Made by a program: the position numbers and the translations under genes. The notes beneath the pieces are model-generated. The model was given only the letters and a program-made list of their open reading frames with translations. It was not told where the DNA came from and made no database searches. From Podarcis filfolensis (Eukaryota), in assembly GCA_964270895.1 (NCBI GenBank), contig OZ185439.1: 64,000 nucleotides of DNA, one strand, 5' to 3'. Shown here one piece after another: positions 1 through 14,244 of this stretch. How positions within the stretch are numbered: position 1 is the first letter of the stretch; each line of letters starts with the position of its first letter.

Positions 1-1009
1 GTGATGAAGTTCCCTACCCTACATATTACTCAGAGTTGTTGAGTTGAACAAGATTTTGTCCTGCTTAAGTAAGGGTACACATTGCATAGGATTACAGCCA
101 ACAATTGAGTGTTTACAGGTAGCCACTTTTATCACTTTTATCAACCAGTAAATTTTATGTGTTCTAAAATATGTAAAGTTCAATGAAAAATATTTTTCCA
201 GTAGCTGGGACAATGCCTCACATACTCAAATTGCACTTACAACTCTGATTCAGTAATGTATATAAACATTTGCTTAACTCTCTGCTCAAAGTTAATTAGA
301 TGTTTATTTGCTAAACTATCCCAAAGTGCTACTGAATTTAATGGGGCTTATTTTCATGTAACTGAATGTAGCACTGTAGCCTCAATACAGATTTAACAAT
401 GAAAATGTTTTTGGAAGATAGTTACTCTGTTTTTCAGTAATGCAAACATTCATAAAAATATGAAATATTACAGAAGCCACTGTAAGAAAAATAAACTTCA
501 ATGGTTTAACTAGGCAAAAAATAAATTAAATTAAATCAAAAACCTGATGTTCTCAAATGAATATTCTTGCCATTAATTTTATAAGAATCTGACACAGTAT
601 ACTGCCTAGCGTGTGTGTCAAAATAAATTACTTCCACAAAATTTATCTCTTTTCTCGTGAGTAGCAGATTTCATCCTTCATTTCTTTCTCCACCGCTCTT
701 CCTTGAGTTATTCAAGATGTCATAAACTTAGTCAGGCATGAGGAATGATGTATATAATGAACATGAGATAGAGATCACTAACATACATTAAGTTAATGTT
801 CCATCTTTAAGTAAGCGACACATTTCCTTTAGTATAAAAGCCTGTGAGCAGGGCTTGTTCTGATTTTATTTTTTTTGTCAGTTTCTAATGATTTTAGGTG
901 CTTTTATGAATAATTTCTCAGCTGCTGTGTTTATGAACTATAAAGTTATATTATGTGCAGCAGTACAGAAGCTAGTAATCATTGTTGTTATTTCCAAATG
1001 TGGATGGTG

Positions 1010-1640
1010 CCTAGCTGTATTTCCCAAAACTCTCTGCAGAACTAGTGCCTGGAGGCAGTAATATCTTGGATGAGAACCCGTAAAATGAAGCTTAATCCCA
1101 ACAAGCAAAAGGTGCAGTTGGTGAATCATTCCCATGGCCTGCATTTAAGCAAATGACTGATTCCGGAAGGTGCTGTACTCATGAAGAAGTAGGTACCTGG
1201 GGTTACTTCTGGTTCCAGCTTTGTCACTTGAGGGCCAGGTGCTTTCAGAAGCTAGGAGTGCCTATTTTATTTATTTTTATTTCAGATATTTATTATATAC
1301 TGCTTAATAGTAAGAATACCTAAGCGGTATGATGAATTGCAATTCATCGTAAAAATGGGAAACTACCTTAAAATGACTGCTGAAATAGGAAAGTCTTTGT
1401 CATGCACCTGAAATTCTGAAAGGAGGGTGCCTGTCAGATCTCCATTGGGAGAGAGTTCCACGGAACGCATGGGTATTCCAAGCTGTGGTTGATTCACCCG
1501 CTACAGCTATTCCTAGACTGGAATAGCCTTGCCATAGTAACCCATGCTATGGTCACCTCCTGATTAGACTATTGTAATGTGCTTTATATGGTGCTCCTGC
1601 TGATGGGCTGCTATCTCAAGAGCCTGGAAGATGCTCTACT
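1010..1640. mobile_element. Degraded L2-type LINE fragments: RT C-terminal pieces on +, with an opposite-strand L2 3' tail at ~1261-1460
   Basis: TGGATGAGAACCCGTAAAATGAAGCTTAATCCCAACAAG resembles the RT motif WM..NKLKLNP.K. CATGCTATGGTCACCTCCTGATTAGACTATTGTAATGTGCTTTAT resembles HALVTSRLDYCNALY. Frames are broken; boundaries approximate. Confidence 0.55.
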
Positions 1641-3309
1641 CCGATATTGGCTATATGATTTTAAAAAATGGCTTTAGTTTGGTTCACTTTGCAATGAAAG
1701 CAAAGATTGTTATGAGCCCTGCAGTGCTTGGGCTGGCAGGCTCTGATGGAGGATGAGGAGGAAACAGGGGAGTGGGGCCTGTGAACCTGGATTGGAGGGG
1801 GGGGGAGATCTCACCTTTCCACCCTGACTTCAATCACTTCTGAAGCAGAGCAGAGATGCCAGCTCCTTCCTACAAGCTCCCAGAGGACTGGAGAGCCTCA
1901 GTGGAGGTTGGGGAGGGCTTTGATTAGGGCTTTGATCCTGAACAAGAGGGTGCAGTCTAACCAAGCACTACCTTTGCAGATGGGAGCAGACCTAACAACG
2001 CCGATACATCATGCATTTGCAATCTTGATATTCCCACAAGGCAAGAGAGTCCCACAAGTGAGTGCACCATACCTCATACCTTTAAAAGCTTGGCAGGAGG
2101 GGAAGGGAATGGAAGCTTCTTGGGATATCTTGGTTGCTTCTGTCCAATTATGAACTTCTTGCCCTGCTCTTGAACTGTGACTCCTGAGCACTCTGTGTCT
2201 GCTGCCAAGCCAGTACTCTTACTTGCCTGAATAAAGATTTCTTTCTTACTTCCAAGTAAGAACCTCTGCTTGTGTTGTGCGGAAGCCAGAACAAAGAGAC
2301 TGCAAGAGGCCTGCCCTGGGGGAAAGTTAGATGAAGGATACAAATTGGTCACGTCTATGGAGATGATGTTGCAAGTCATATGCACAGGATGTGACCTTTG
2401 GCAATGCAATCCAATCAGTCATAATTACATTAGGATGTCCCTCATGGGATGTGGCTATTGTTCGAGTGCAAATCCAATCATACTAACCAAAGAGTGACCC
2501 ATGTCAATTAAAGAAACGAAACAAAATCTTACCATGGTTAAGATTCTTATGCTGCCATGAATTCAGAGTCATACTAGGTATTGGAAGGGATGACTGTCCA
2601 AAATTATTTATTCCTTTATCTAATTGGTTTTGGAATTTGCTGTGAAGCTTTTGTTTATGAACTCTAGGCTTCACATCAGAAATTGTTCTGGCTGTAGTAA
2701 CCATATCTGCTTCCTCTTCCTATCTTTGAGTGTTTGTGACTGTGTTTGTAGATATAGCTGTTATGTTGCAATATGGATTGATTGTTAAACCACTCGGGGA
2801 ATTGTAGCACCATAGGAGGAACAGGGGTCTCCTTATAACTCTCTGCACCTTTCAGAAACTACAGCTTCAAAGTTTCTTTGGGGGAAGCCTTGGCTGTTTG
2901 AAGTGGTAGGATAACTGCTTTGAAAGTATAGTCCCGATGGAGCCTGGAAGATAAATGAATGAGTTTCCTGCCACTGAAGCAATAAATCAGTGGAAAACAT
3001 TGTCTTATGATTAATTTATATGTAACAAGAGGTGATTTCCCTAAGATCTGTTGGAGAGTCATCCAAAAAGAATTTGGGATAGTTAACAAACAACTAATGG
3101 AACAGCTTATTTCTTGAAAAGTGAATTTTAAGATTAGTTAATTCTCTGCACTTGGAATTTACATAGAGCACTTTTCCTTGCATGATGCACCACTTTAATC
3201 AAGAGATTAAGTCCCTGCTACGATACCATGCTGATCTATATCTCTGTATTCAAGGTGGTTCTAAGAAGTCTTAAACCTTGGATAAATATTAATGAGAAAC
3301 ATTTCCTCT

Positions 3310-3500
3310 TTTTCTAGCTTTGAATAAATTCCTTTAGCAACAGGAAGAAGACAAATGAGAAAACTTTCCTCCAGGCATACATGGAAAAGAAAATCCTAAT
3401 TTTCAGACATTGGAGAACTGGGTGCCCATTTCCTTAATTCAGTCATGCCCAACCCCCCCAATTCCAAGGGACATACTACCTGACAGCCATTCCCCTCTCC
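3310..3500 (+). mobile_element. Possible highly degraded L1/Tx1 ORF2 fragment
   Basis: Broken frames give LNKFL.Q and P...YYLTAI, similar to the post-RT region of L1-clade ORF2. Weak resemblance only. Confidence 0.25.
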
Positions 3501-4529
3501 TACCTTAACTGAAAAACCTCTAATTCAGTTTTTGAGCTCATTGACTCAAACAACCAAAGCCAGAAACTTAGAAATCAGCAGGCTCCTACGATCCTTTTCG
3601 TGAACTCTGAAACAATATTTGAAATGGTGCATTGGTCAAAAAAATGACCCTTGCCCCACCTCATGACAATTTAAATGTGATATCTTGACCCAACAAAAAT
3701 AGGAGTTCAATTTTATGTTTTACATAGGCCTAGGGCTGAGATGTTGCTGCCCTTTCCATACATATATTCATTTCATGTGACAGTAATATCTAATAATGAC
3801 TATACTCTGCAAAGGCTGCCCATACTAATTCCCAAGCCCAGCCAGATGTACTTTCAAGGGGACTTGAATTTGCCTTCATGCCTGTTAAGAAATAAATACA
3901 AGCAAGCCTATAGTTCATTAATTTTTCTGCATCTATCACCATTGAGCTCTAAGAATTCATGATTTGGTAATGGTGAAACAGCAGCAGCTTGAACAGCAGT
4001 TACAGGATTATAAATCAAGATTGTTTTCAAGGAATGTGGTTAGCTTTCCTGGAAGTGAAAAATGCTTTCATTTTGAAACACCTATTTGCTAGGCAGGTAT
4101 AATGCTGTACTCGGAAGAAATACAGCTGTGCTTTGCAAAGACAATAATGAAGCAGAGCAGCCTTGACTCAGGGGGTTATATGGGCAAAAAAGCTAGATAA
4201 TTTAGGATTAGGCATCCTTTGTGAAAATCTGTGTGTTGTAGAATTGCTATTACAGAATGAATGGCATTAATGCCTGATCATTAATGCCTACCATGTTGCT
4301 TAGTCTTAAGGCATTAGAATGGTATTGAGGTAAAAGTGGATGAATTGTCATAAAGTTAGAGTTCTCCTTGCAAGGTCATGTGACTGTTGTCGTATGGCCT
4401 GGTTGGCCTAGTACTGCAGTTCATTTATTTATTTACTGGTATATCAGTAGACCAGTATATGCCTTCCTTCTAAAGACATCTCAGCTTATATGATTATTAT
4501 ATTTTATCTTCAAAAATGATGATGATGAT

Positions 4530-4695
4530 GATTTATTCAATTTATACACTGCCCTATACCCGGAGGTCTCAGAGCGGTTCACAAACAAGACCACAACATA
4601 TCAAATCAAACCAAAAACAATAACCCAATTAACCTCCCCCAAAAGAGCCACATTCTAAAAGGGTGTTGGATGTCAATAAGATCAAGCAAAGGCCG
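4530..4695 (-). mobile_element. L2-type LINE 3' tail
   Basis: TTTTATTCAATTTATACACTGCCCTATACCCGGAGGTCTCAGAGCGGTTCACA next to a (GAT)n run matches typical squamate L2 tails as I recall them; boundaries approximate. Confidence 0.45.
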
Positions 4696-5851
4696 CCCCC
4701 TGTCCCAATTGAAAGCGAGATGCACACCTTTCTAGGTATAGCATCACTTGATTCCACTACCTAGAAGTCAGCAAAAGGTTGGAAATTGTCTGCGTATTCA
4801 GAGCTAGGTGTATGGAAAACTGAGCCCAAGTTTTGTTAGGACAGCAGAAGTAGTGTGAATACCAATATTCTGGAGAACAAAATATTTCAGGTGGCATCCA
4901 TAGTACTAATACAACAGCAGAGGTGTGTATTGTTTATGGAGGGTTAGGAAAAGAATATGGATGCTGCTGATATGACTCAACTCATCGCCTTTTGCTTTGC
5001 TAGAAAAAAGGCATTCGACTAGAACACTGGACAGTTCAGATTAATATGGCTCTGATGGAGGATTAATTTTTCAGTTAATTAAAATTGCCTGCTCAGAACA
5101 GTGCTCAAGCCTAATTTCTTTGGGGCTGAAAACTGTATCACCCTCCATCCGATTCCTCTTTTGATTTAAAAAATCAACATGAAGGGCCTTGCCTGTTCTG
5201 ACCCCCCCTCCAAAGTGTTATTTGCTTCTTCTTTTTAGTTCAATTTGTTTAAGCTCTTTATATTTCTGGCAGCCTGTTTGCTCTTCCTACCTGTGCTTAG
5301 GGGATATTGGGAATTGCCTTTGCTCTCACTGCATGACCTGTTCTAGTTAATGCAGATTTCACATCTAGATGCACCATATACCTACATTCATACAGACTAG
5401 TATATTTGCATAAAGCTTCTTAAGCATGATGTGCAATATAGTTTTCTTCCTTGTGGTAATGGGCTTGCAGGACTCCTGAGACCCTCCAGATATAGCTACA
5501 GATCTTGTTCCTCTGCCTTCATGCTTGAAATCTGGCTCTGAATGGCAATTTTATCCATCAATGTAAAACTGTTGTTGCTTATACAGAATCAATAGCATTG
5601 CACAGACTAAAAGCAAAATGTATGCACACACGTATTGAAATTATATCCCATCTTTATTCACAGTGGAACCCAGGGGGCCAAGGCTGCCCTGTGCTGAAGT
5701 CATCTTTAGGCACCATGAAAGCAACCTTTGAAAGTGTCTGTTCCAAGTTGCAACAGACAGATCCCTTGACTAAATTACATATGGAAGGATCTAAAGTGCT
5801 TTCATTCTATTTGCCATTGTACTGCTTTTACAGTCCTCTACTGTACATCAC

Positions 5852-5990
5852 TTAAGAGGCCGGGGGCCAGCGCTGTCCGAGGACACTTCCGGGTCACGTG
5901 GCCATCTCACTCTTAAGCGAGATGGGCGCACAACCCTAGAGTCGGACACGACTGGCCCGTACGGGCAGGGGTACCTTTACCTTTACCTTT
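5852..5990 (+). mobile_element. 5'-truncated Sauria SINE with inverted 5' segment (5852-5903 inverted, 5910-5990 direct)
   Basis: BovB-like 3' end GAGTCGGACACGACT plus (ACCTTT)n tail. TSD TACTGTACATCAC (5839-5851) / TACTATACATCAC (5991-6003). Inversion shown by comparison with the copy at 48005-48345. Confidence 0.85.
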
Positions 5991-7949
5991 TACTATACAT
6001 CACAGTGGTCTGGCACACTCCTAGCAATTTATCTTTTTGTAGTAACAGTGCAAAATGTACAGCGTCTGGAGGTTCTAATTGAAGTTCATTATCATTTTTG
6101 TGAGGCAACACCATGATGTCTTGGCACTTTTCAATCTGTATTACATTCAGAAAATTACTTATTATTGTTGAGAGTTCCATTTGTTTAATAACCGGCAGAG
6201 CTGAACTCATCATTCCCAGGCACATGCAAAGTTGAAAGTGCATAGGTGTGTGTTTGTGTGGAAGGGGTGGGGGTGGGGATCCTAATAAGAAGATAATTGG
6301 CATTGTGCAATACTATTTGTAAAACACTGAGGAGCCATGCATTTGCTTATATTGAAATAGTTGAAAGTAACCCAGCTGTTGCTGGTATGTAATCTGAGCT
6401 TCATTTATTAGAGAAGGACAGTTTACAATGCTACCGGCCTGTGTTCATTCATAAATCCACTCCATCCCATTTTCTCATTAATCTGTGGGGTTTTTTTAAA
6501 AAAAATGTATTTAAATACATATTTTATCTTGATGTACACATTTTGAAACAAAATTATCTTGCATGCACATTTTTTTGGAATAAAGAACTATGTCAGAAAA
6601 ATCAGAAAAGTGCAAAATCCAAACGATCATTAATGTTCTAAACCATGTACTAATCCAGGAGGTGTGAATTTGCTTAAAAATCTTGACAAAACAAAATTTG
6701 CCTCTGTCCCTATATTTCATCCCTTTTAGTTGGAAAAGAGGACTTTAGATTCAAATGACTTACTATTTTCTATGTAGCACAGGAATAGTCCTTGCCATGA
6801 GAGGAGGAGCAGGTTGTATGGAAATTGGACAAGGACCAGGCTGGACTACTTTACTGTGGGGAATAATATTGTGCCATTGGAAAAAATTAAGGAGGAAATG
6901 AGACATGTGAGATGTATGTGTTTAAAAAGTACTTAAATGACAAGCTGAGTCAGAGAACCGTATGTATACAAATGATTTAAGGTGCAATGTGCTCTGTTCT
7001 CATACTTAAACTGTTCAAACCATCTTAAAGCAACATCTGTTTGACCAGAAGCTTCTCTACTTCACTTTCATCTTTAGGTAGGTAATTCTTCATCACATTC
7101 TTGTATAAATACCCTCAGAGTACGCCTGTTTTTGCACCTTAGGCTTATCTTGCATTATATATTCCTTCTTCTGAAGACAACGTAAATAATTTGTTCTGGG
7201 GTTACACTCGCCCAATGATGGCTTATTATAAGGGGCATATAGAAGTCTTCTGTTTCCACAGATAACTTGCTTTTACATTTGAGCATAGCACTTGCACTTA
7301 AGAACATCTCAATGCATGCACCGTGAACCGACCTGTTAGTTCTGTACAGTAGATAAAAACTACTGTTTCCTGAAGAGAAATGGTCACTGATACAGGGCAT
7401 AAGCAGGGAGCAAAGCATGCTAAGTGTTCATCTGGTTGCTTCTTAGTGTGGGGCATCTGATTTTTAGTGTGTGGTATTCTCATTTTGTATTTTAATGTTG
7501 CGAGCTACCCTGCAATCTGCAGGTGGTAAACAGATGAAATAAAGAAAGAGAGAACCTGAAGGGGAACGAGGTGGTTGGAAAATTTGCTTATTGTTCCTTC
7601 CACTCTTACCGATTCACTACACTCTCTGTAAAGTTAGGACAAAAAAAGTAAGCAATGCTGAAAATAAGTCCAAACACAAACCTAATTAATCTCAGTACAA
7701 TGTTAATCAATAGCTCATTTATTTTTTGGCAGTGCCTCTTGGGTTCCATACTACTTGTTTGTTGACCAAGCAAAGTGAAGCTGTTGGTTTAACTCGCCCA
7801 TTTGGCGATCTGTTTGTTTGCAAGTAACACAATCATGCCCTTGAGCACAGACACATTGAGCATGGAATTTGACACAGGTTTCAGGTTATACTCTGATGAT
7901 TCCAATTCAATACCAGCTCAACTTCTGTACCCATTTTTGAAGGGTAGGA

Positions 7950-8085
7950 CAGGTCTGGAGAGCTTTTGGCCTCTTGGAAGTTGCTGAACCACAACTCCCA
8001 TCAGCCTCAGCAAGCATTGCCAATAGCTAGGGATTATGGGAGCTGTCATTCCAGCAACATCTGGAGAGCCAAAGGTTGTACCTGG
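7950..8085. mobile_element. Short palindromic hAT-type MITE, degraded
   Basis: Same foldback layout as the clean copy at 50812-50947 (CAACTCCCATC...GATTATGGGAGCTG...CAACATCTGGAGAGCCAAAGGTT). No clean TSD. Confidence 0.55.
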
Positions 8086-8176
8086 TGTGGGAAAAGAAAA
8101 AATGCACAATGTAGTTAGTTGTAACACATCCTGGGATTAGAATGATGAAAGGTGGTTTTATAAATTTAAGGGAATA

Positions 8177-8440
8177 CAGTGGCACCTCGCAAGACGAATG
8201 CCTTGCAAGACGAAAAACGCGCAAGACGAAAGGGTTTTTCGTTTTTTGCGTTGCTTCGCAAGATGATTTCCCCTATGGGCTTGCTTCGCAAGATGAAAAC
8301 GTCTTGCGAGTTTGTTTCCTTTTTTCTTAAAGCCGCTTGAAGAGGTGCAGTTGCGACGGACCGTGCTTTGCAAGACGAAAAACATCGCAAGACGAAAAGA
8401 CTCGCGGAACGAATTAATTTCGTCTTGCGAGGCACCACTG
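8177..8440. mobile_element. Tc1/mariner-type MITE (GCAAGACG-repeat family)
   Basis: TIRs CAGTGGCACCTCGCAAGACGAA / TTCGTCTTGCGAGGCACCACTG, TA on both sides, internal GCAAGACGAAA repeats. Confidence 0.9.
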
Positions 8441-11400
8441 TAAATGAATGAGTATGACAATGGTTAGGTGACCTTAGGCTTGGGATGGGTTGTGTTTCCT
8501 GCTGATTTTACATTTGAAGGCAAGCTGAGGCTTTTTGTTTGTGTAATGTTTAATGGCCAATGAATTTCAATGTGTAATATAAAGCTCGGTTGACAATGAA
8601 GAAGGATTTCGCTTGCTTCTGTGGTACTAACAGGGCTGGCACTATCATTATGCAAAATGAGGCAGCTGCTTCAGGTTGCTGAATTTTGTTGCCATGAAAG
8701 GGTCAGCATTTTTTCTTGGGGGGAAAATATTCACAAGCCATTAATTCATTTTTTAAGAAAAAATAAATCATGACAGTATGCCATACAATTATGAAAATAT
8801 CATAAAATTATAAAATACAGAATAAACCACCAACACTGCTTGGCAAAAGAAAAAAAAACATTTTCAGCAGGTGCAAAATATCAAAATTTCAGGTACCTGT
8901 CTGAATTATTAGTTGAATAATATATTATTATAGTATTTTTAATAACAGGGAGAGGCACTTGTGGAATTTTCAGTTTCAGGTGTCAAAATAACTTGGCCAG
9001 CCTTGGGTGCTGTGGAGGAGCTGTAAAGGTTATGTAAGTGTACAAATGCATATGTAAAAGCTGTTTGGTTTGTAAATAGTCAACAGAATGAGGGGAAATA
9101 CTGCTTGTTTACTTCTAACTGAGCCCTAGGAGGACTGACAGCTGAAAAGTTCCAATGGAAGCAAGGAGTTGCTGTCCAAGGATGAAATAGGAGATGGCTG
9201 AGAAGAGGAAAATCCCAGCAGAGTGAAGCCAAATTGTCAATGCTTGGCAGCTGTCTACAATAGAGGTGAGGAACCTCTGTGGCTCAGTGGGCTGATCTTT
9301 CTCTCTCCCATCCACAGACTTCATCAGGTAGGCAGAACCACTCACAAGTCAATCTTCTGACATGATGGCATCCCACCCACTTGTCAAAGTTGACTCATGG
9401 TGGGAGAGGTCTGTTTTGCCAGCTCATGTTCTGCCAGGAATACACTGGCAAAGCAGCACCCAGCAGGATTGAACTTTGCCCCCCTTCCATCAGCTGATGT
9501 CACCTAGGTGGACATGGTTGGAGAAGAAATAGTTCTTTTGGCTGAGACTGCCCCAGGGTTCCCAACCTCTGGTCTACAAGAAGCAGCGAATCTCTGATCA
9601 CAGGGAAGACTTTTGGTTAAGTCCTCTGTAAAGCCTGTAAAATAACAGGTGTTATAGTTTTATACAGTCAATCAATAATCAATACCTTTAGCATCATATT
9701 TTATATTCAGTAGACCTTAGAAGTCTCTCTCAGCAGAAGTTAGCAACTTTAGTATTCATCGTGTCAGCTTAGCAATTTCAGTTTTAGGGTGGTAACTTCA
9801 AGTTCAGAGTTTCCAATAGTAACAAACAGGATGAGGCATACTTATTTTTAGTTATCAGAAGACAAGATATTTAGTTCTTGCTGATTGTACAGAAAGCGCT
9901 TGTCACATCATACTTGAAGTGATGTAATTACGGGAAGGTAGAGAGGCCAGGCCTTTATGCGGCAGAGTTGAGCCTATCAAACGTCTGTATAGGTTGATGT
10001 TCCCTGTAAGAACTTGAATAGCTTCTTTGGGAAATTTGCATGTTAAAAATGCCTGTTAACATGATAGCTTGGGCTTCCTTCCTCCTTGGAAGGTACCTGT
10101 TGGATGTTAAATGTTAAATGTACATATAGGCTACATGTAAGCTACCATCTTGGCTACAACCCTGTCCAGGTCAGGCAGCTGACTAATTTCTCAAACACAG
10201 GAACCACTCCTTACCCAGAGTGCCACTGTCTTGGCAGGATGCAAGTTCAGCATAAACATATGCACACATTCTGTGTTTAATTCCTGAAGTATTCTGTTAC
10301 AAAAGTAGAATTATTTGAAGAGCACAGCAGAACTTTATAGACGGGCCTTCAGGTTGCAGTGGATAGGTGTAACAGAGACTGTAACTACCATAAATGGAAG
10401 AATGAAGGACAAATGAAGGACAATTCTGCCAACAGGTTGACTTAATGAAAGGTTTGTTAGATCCTGTTCTGGGCGGAAGGGGGAATTTCTCTCTCTCATT
10501 TCTCCAGCATTGTAATTCGTTCTTTACTGCTCTTGATTAGCTACACATCTGCAATACCTAGGCACAGCAGAATGGCAAGCATCGTTAGTTATAAATGTGA
10601 AATACGAGTATAGAAAAAGGAATAATGAGGGAACACAGTGGCAGCCTACTGGCTTCAACATCTTCAATATTTTCTTTTTTAGGTGGGGAGAGGATGGTTT
10701 CCATGAACTGTTGCTATATTTCATTTAGTAGGAGCCATCATTTTCTGCCAGTCACTTTACACCTGAATCAATAATATGGATTAAACCAAGGCATACCTCG
10801 CCAATAAGCAAGAGGTAATTCTTACTATATTAATTTCCACACTCTGAATCAATTTTTTCATTTGTTAAGGCTTGGATTTGGAAGTCTAACTTGATTTAAT
10901 ATGAAGGAGCAGTTGAAACTAATCTACTGTTCATTCAATAGATGTACTGATGCAGATGGTAACCACACAGATGCTGCTTCTTAGATCACACAACAAAGAG
11001 CTTCTGGCCTTTGAGAAGACTCACAGAGGGCAGAACTTACCACAGTAGGAGCTCCTTTGAACAAATGACAGCAGAAAACAATATCTCAGGGGTTGGAAAC
11101 CTCAGGCCAAATGTGCCCAACCAGGCCTTTCCCTTGAAACTCTGTCCAGGGCGTACCTCACACTTGCCTTACTTGGCACATATACATTTCTGTGCACAAT
11201 ATAGGGAACTTTGTACACATTAACCAGCTGGTGAACAGCACTAAATAAGAACATTCAGAGATGTGAATGTAAAAGGATGGCTTCAGTTAATAGTTTTAAA
11301 AATGCAAATTAGGTAGGATTGCATTGAAATACCAACTGAATTGAATGTCTCCCCCATCCCTTGCTATTTGGAGAGTGGAGAGGAACTACCAAGAGGGCCC

Positions 11401-11765
11401 TCTCTGCCTATCTTAGCACCCAACGGGATCTGTATAGGGAAGAAGGCAGTGTTTCAGATATTTGCCTACTCCCAAAAACGTGGGATATTTGCTAGGGAGG
11501 AAAGCTGAAAGTTCACCTGCAATGACAAGTGATACCAGAAATATAGAAGATTTATTAGATGTGAATACATTCTAAGAATCAACCCTTATATAGATACTCT
11601 GTGTAGCATTTATTTGCTCAGAGGATTAAACGTGTTCAGAAAACATGCTTTTCATTTTCCTAAAAGATAATGTCTCTTGGCTCTTTTAAAATAAAACAAT
11701 TAATAGCAGCAAAGCAAATAGCACCTGGTCCTAGAAAGTTTTCTGTGCATGCTTGCCCTTTGAAG

Positions 11766-11802
11766 AAACTAAGCGTCCTTCCAAACTAAGCGTCCTTCCA
11801 AA
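11766..11802. repeat. Exact 17-bp tandem duplication (AAACTAAGCGTCCTTCC x2)
   Basis: Read directly from the sequence. Confidence 0.9.
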
Positions 11803-14029
11803 AGAATTACACTTGAGGAAAGAAACACTACAAGGCAATTTGCTTCTGTATCTAATTCCTCTTGTCCATAGCTTGGGACCATCAATACTTAGGCAGCCAG
11901 TGGGTTGGATAATTGGAATAGAAGCAACTGTGCCAGTCAGGACGAAAGCAGGAACTGACTATGTGTAGGTTCATTCTTAATATTTAAATGCAGCAGAAAA
12001 TTTTGCAACCATGAGCAGGCAGAAAACGAAAGTTCAATTAAATTAAGCCACACATTTATGGTGTATGCTGCACTTATTTTTAATGATGCTTGAGAAAATG
12101 CTCTTTATAATGATCAAGATTCTTTCCAAGTCAGCCACTTAGGTTGCCAGGGTACTGACTCAAGAGGATGTAAGGCAGATCAAAGAAATGAAGGCAGTAT
12201 TTGGATTTGACAAGTGTAGGTCTGAATCAAATATATACAGTTTTATATATTACTCCTCCTCTCTTTTGTCACATTCCATCCCCAAAAAAGCAGGGGGACA
12301 GGGCAAAGAGGAGGACATTTCTTCTCCTTGCCCCTCCCCACATCCAGTAAGATAGGGGATCCTTGCATGCAAGCAGCCTTCTGCGCACATCTCTCTTGAT
12401 AGATTAAGAACTTTGGGTCCAGCTCAGATGCCTACTCAGTTGTGAATCTCTTGAGAGCAGTGCTGCTTATCCACACAGCCTGGCTTTCAGTGGAATTATT
12501 AAGGTAGTGTATATTTTAGATGTGGGTAGCAAGATGCAATTGGATGCATTGCCCAGGGACTGCCAATCTGTTTTTGGCCAGACATATAATATCACTGCAC
12601 CCTAATATGACAAAATTAAAATAATTAACTATTCATTTTGCATATATAAACATTCAACTAGGCATGCAGCTTACCAATAGGTCAACTCAAAATGAATGTT
12701 AAGGGTATTATTAGGGCTCCTAGGGCTGGAGGGTGGGGCAAAACAGATGGGGAAAGCGCTCCAGTTTTGGCCAACACAAAGTCTCTTACCCCTCATAGTT
12801 GTTTCTGTGGCAGCAGCTCACCTATGTAGCAGGGCTGGAAGGTGGGGCCACACAGATGAAATTTACCATCCCGTGATGGCGACCATAGAGTCTCTCCCCC
12901 TTCACAGTTCTTCCTCAGAAACAGTTCCCTTATGAAGGCTCTCACCCTGCACATTTGTTCTTCTGTCAGCAGCTCCTGAAGGCTAAAAGCAGTAGGGTGT
13001 GACATAGGGTCTTTTCAGCTCAGACAAGCAGGCTGTTGAAACCCCTCCCATAGATTTCAACTGCCCTACCTTTTTATTGGCATCCCAGCAATCTGTGAAG
13101 ACCTTTTTGTTTCATCGTGCATTTAATTTGAGGTAACTCATTGCCCTTCTCTTTTGATTTGAAATATTATGACTGATTTGCAGTTTGGCTCACATTTTAT
13201 TGATGTTTGCTTTGATTGCATTGTGTGAAGAGCGTCTTCTTTGATGAATAGATGCATTGCTTCTGTAGTATATTGAGAACAACAGTGGAAGAACTTTAAT
13301 AATAAGTTTGAGCTTCTCTCATTGCTGTCATTCTGCAGGGTACATAAACCCTTTCAAAGCATATAAAGAAAGTGCTGGACTTTTACAGTGTACTGATAAG
13401 GGCCTGCTCTTAAATAAATGAAGTGGTATAGATGCCTATTTTCAGATCACGCCACTTTTCCTTTTCCATTTTTTATCCTCAATCCCATTCCATTCATTTT
13501 TTGCTTTAAGTTGCATTTTTTAAAAATGCTATTGAAACAATACTTTAGTTTGCTTTTAAATGCATCTTCCCCTCAAAATACCTTGTAAATCCATACATCC
13601 ATTCATTCATACTGCATCCCAACATCCAGAAAAATGTACATCTCTTGGTTTGACATTAGTCTGATCTGCACAAGAAGTCCAGGACACTTCAGATAGGACA
13701 CTTAACTCCCTCTCCCCGCAGCTGGGGTGAGTAACCTATGAGAGACTAGATTCATTTCAGGATATTGTACTGGTGTGACCTTTGAGATAAGCTCTCTGCT
13801 CAACAGACATACATGACTCTGCCTGTGTAGCAAAGTACTGCATCACCATTTATCCTGCAGAACTGACTGTAACTACTCTGGCTTTCTTCAATCTGTTAAT
13901 CAGCCCTAGTAGTTGAAGCATATTACACACACGCAAACTTGCAGAGACACTCAAGCATGCTGAAATTATTAACCACTTACATAGCTCCAATATATGGAGT
14001 CAAACCATATTTATCATGTTTCTAAAATA

Positions 14030-14244
14030 CAGTGGTACCTCGGGTTACAGATGCTTCAGGTTACAGACTCCGCTAACCCAGAAACAGTACCTCGGGTTAA
14101 GAACTTTGCTTCAGGATGAGAACAGAAATCACCGGGCGGCAGCGGGAAGCTCCATTAGCTAAAGTGGTACCTCAGGTTAAGAACAGTTTCAGGTTAAGAA
14201 CGGATCTCCAGAACGAATTAAGTTCTTAACCCGAGGTACCACTG
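14030..14244 (+). mobile_element. Tc1/mariner MITE, CAGTGGTACCTCGGGTTA family, copy 1
   Basis: TIRs CAGTGGTACCTCGGGTTA / TAACCCGAGGTACCACTG with TA TSD. Confidence 0.92.

Noticed and set aside
7298-7520. Strong minus-strand acceptor with a 61-aa ORF containing a PHTK repeat
   Set aside because: In-frame stop just after the acceptor; the peptide repeat comes from a short imperfect tandem duplication.
8142-8460. Three ORFs with repeated LAKQ/RLAR motifs
   Set aside because: Translation of the internal repeats of a mariner MITE.
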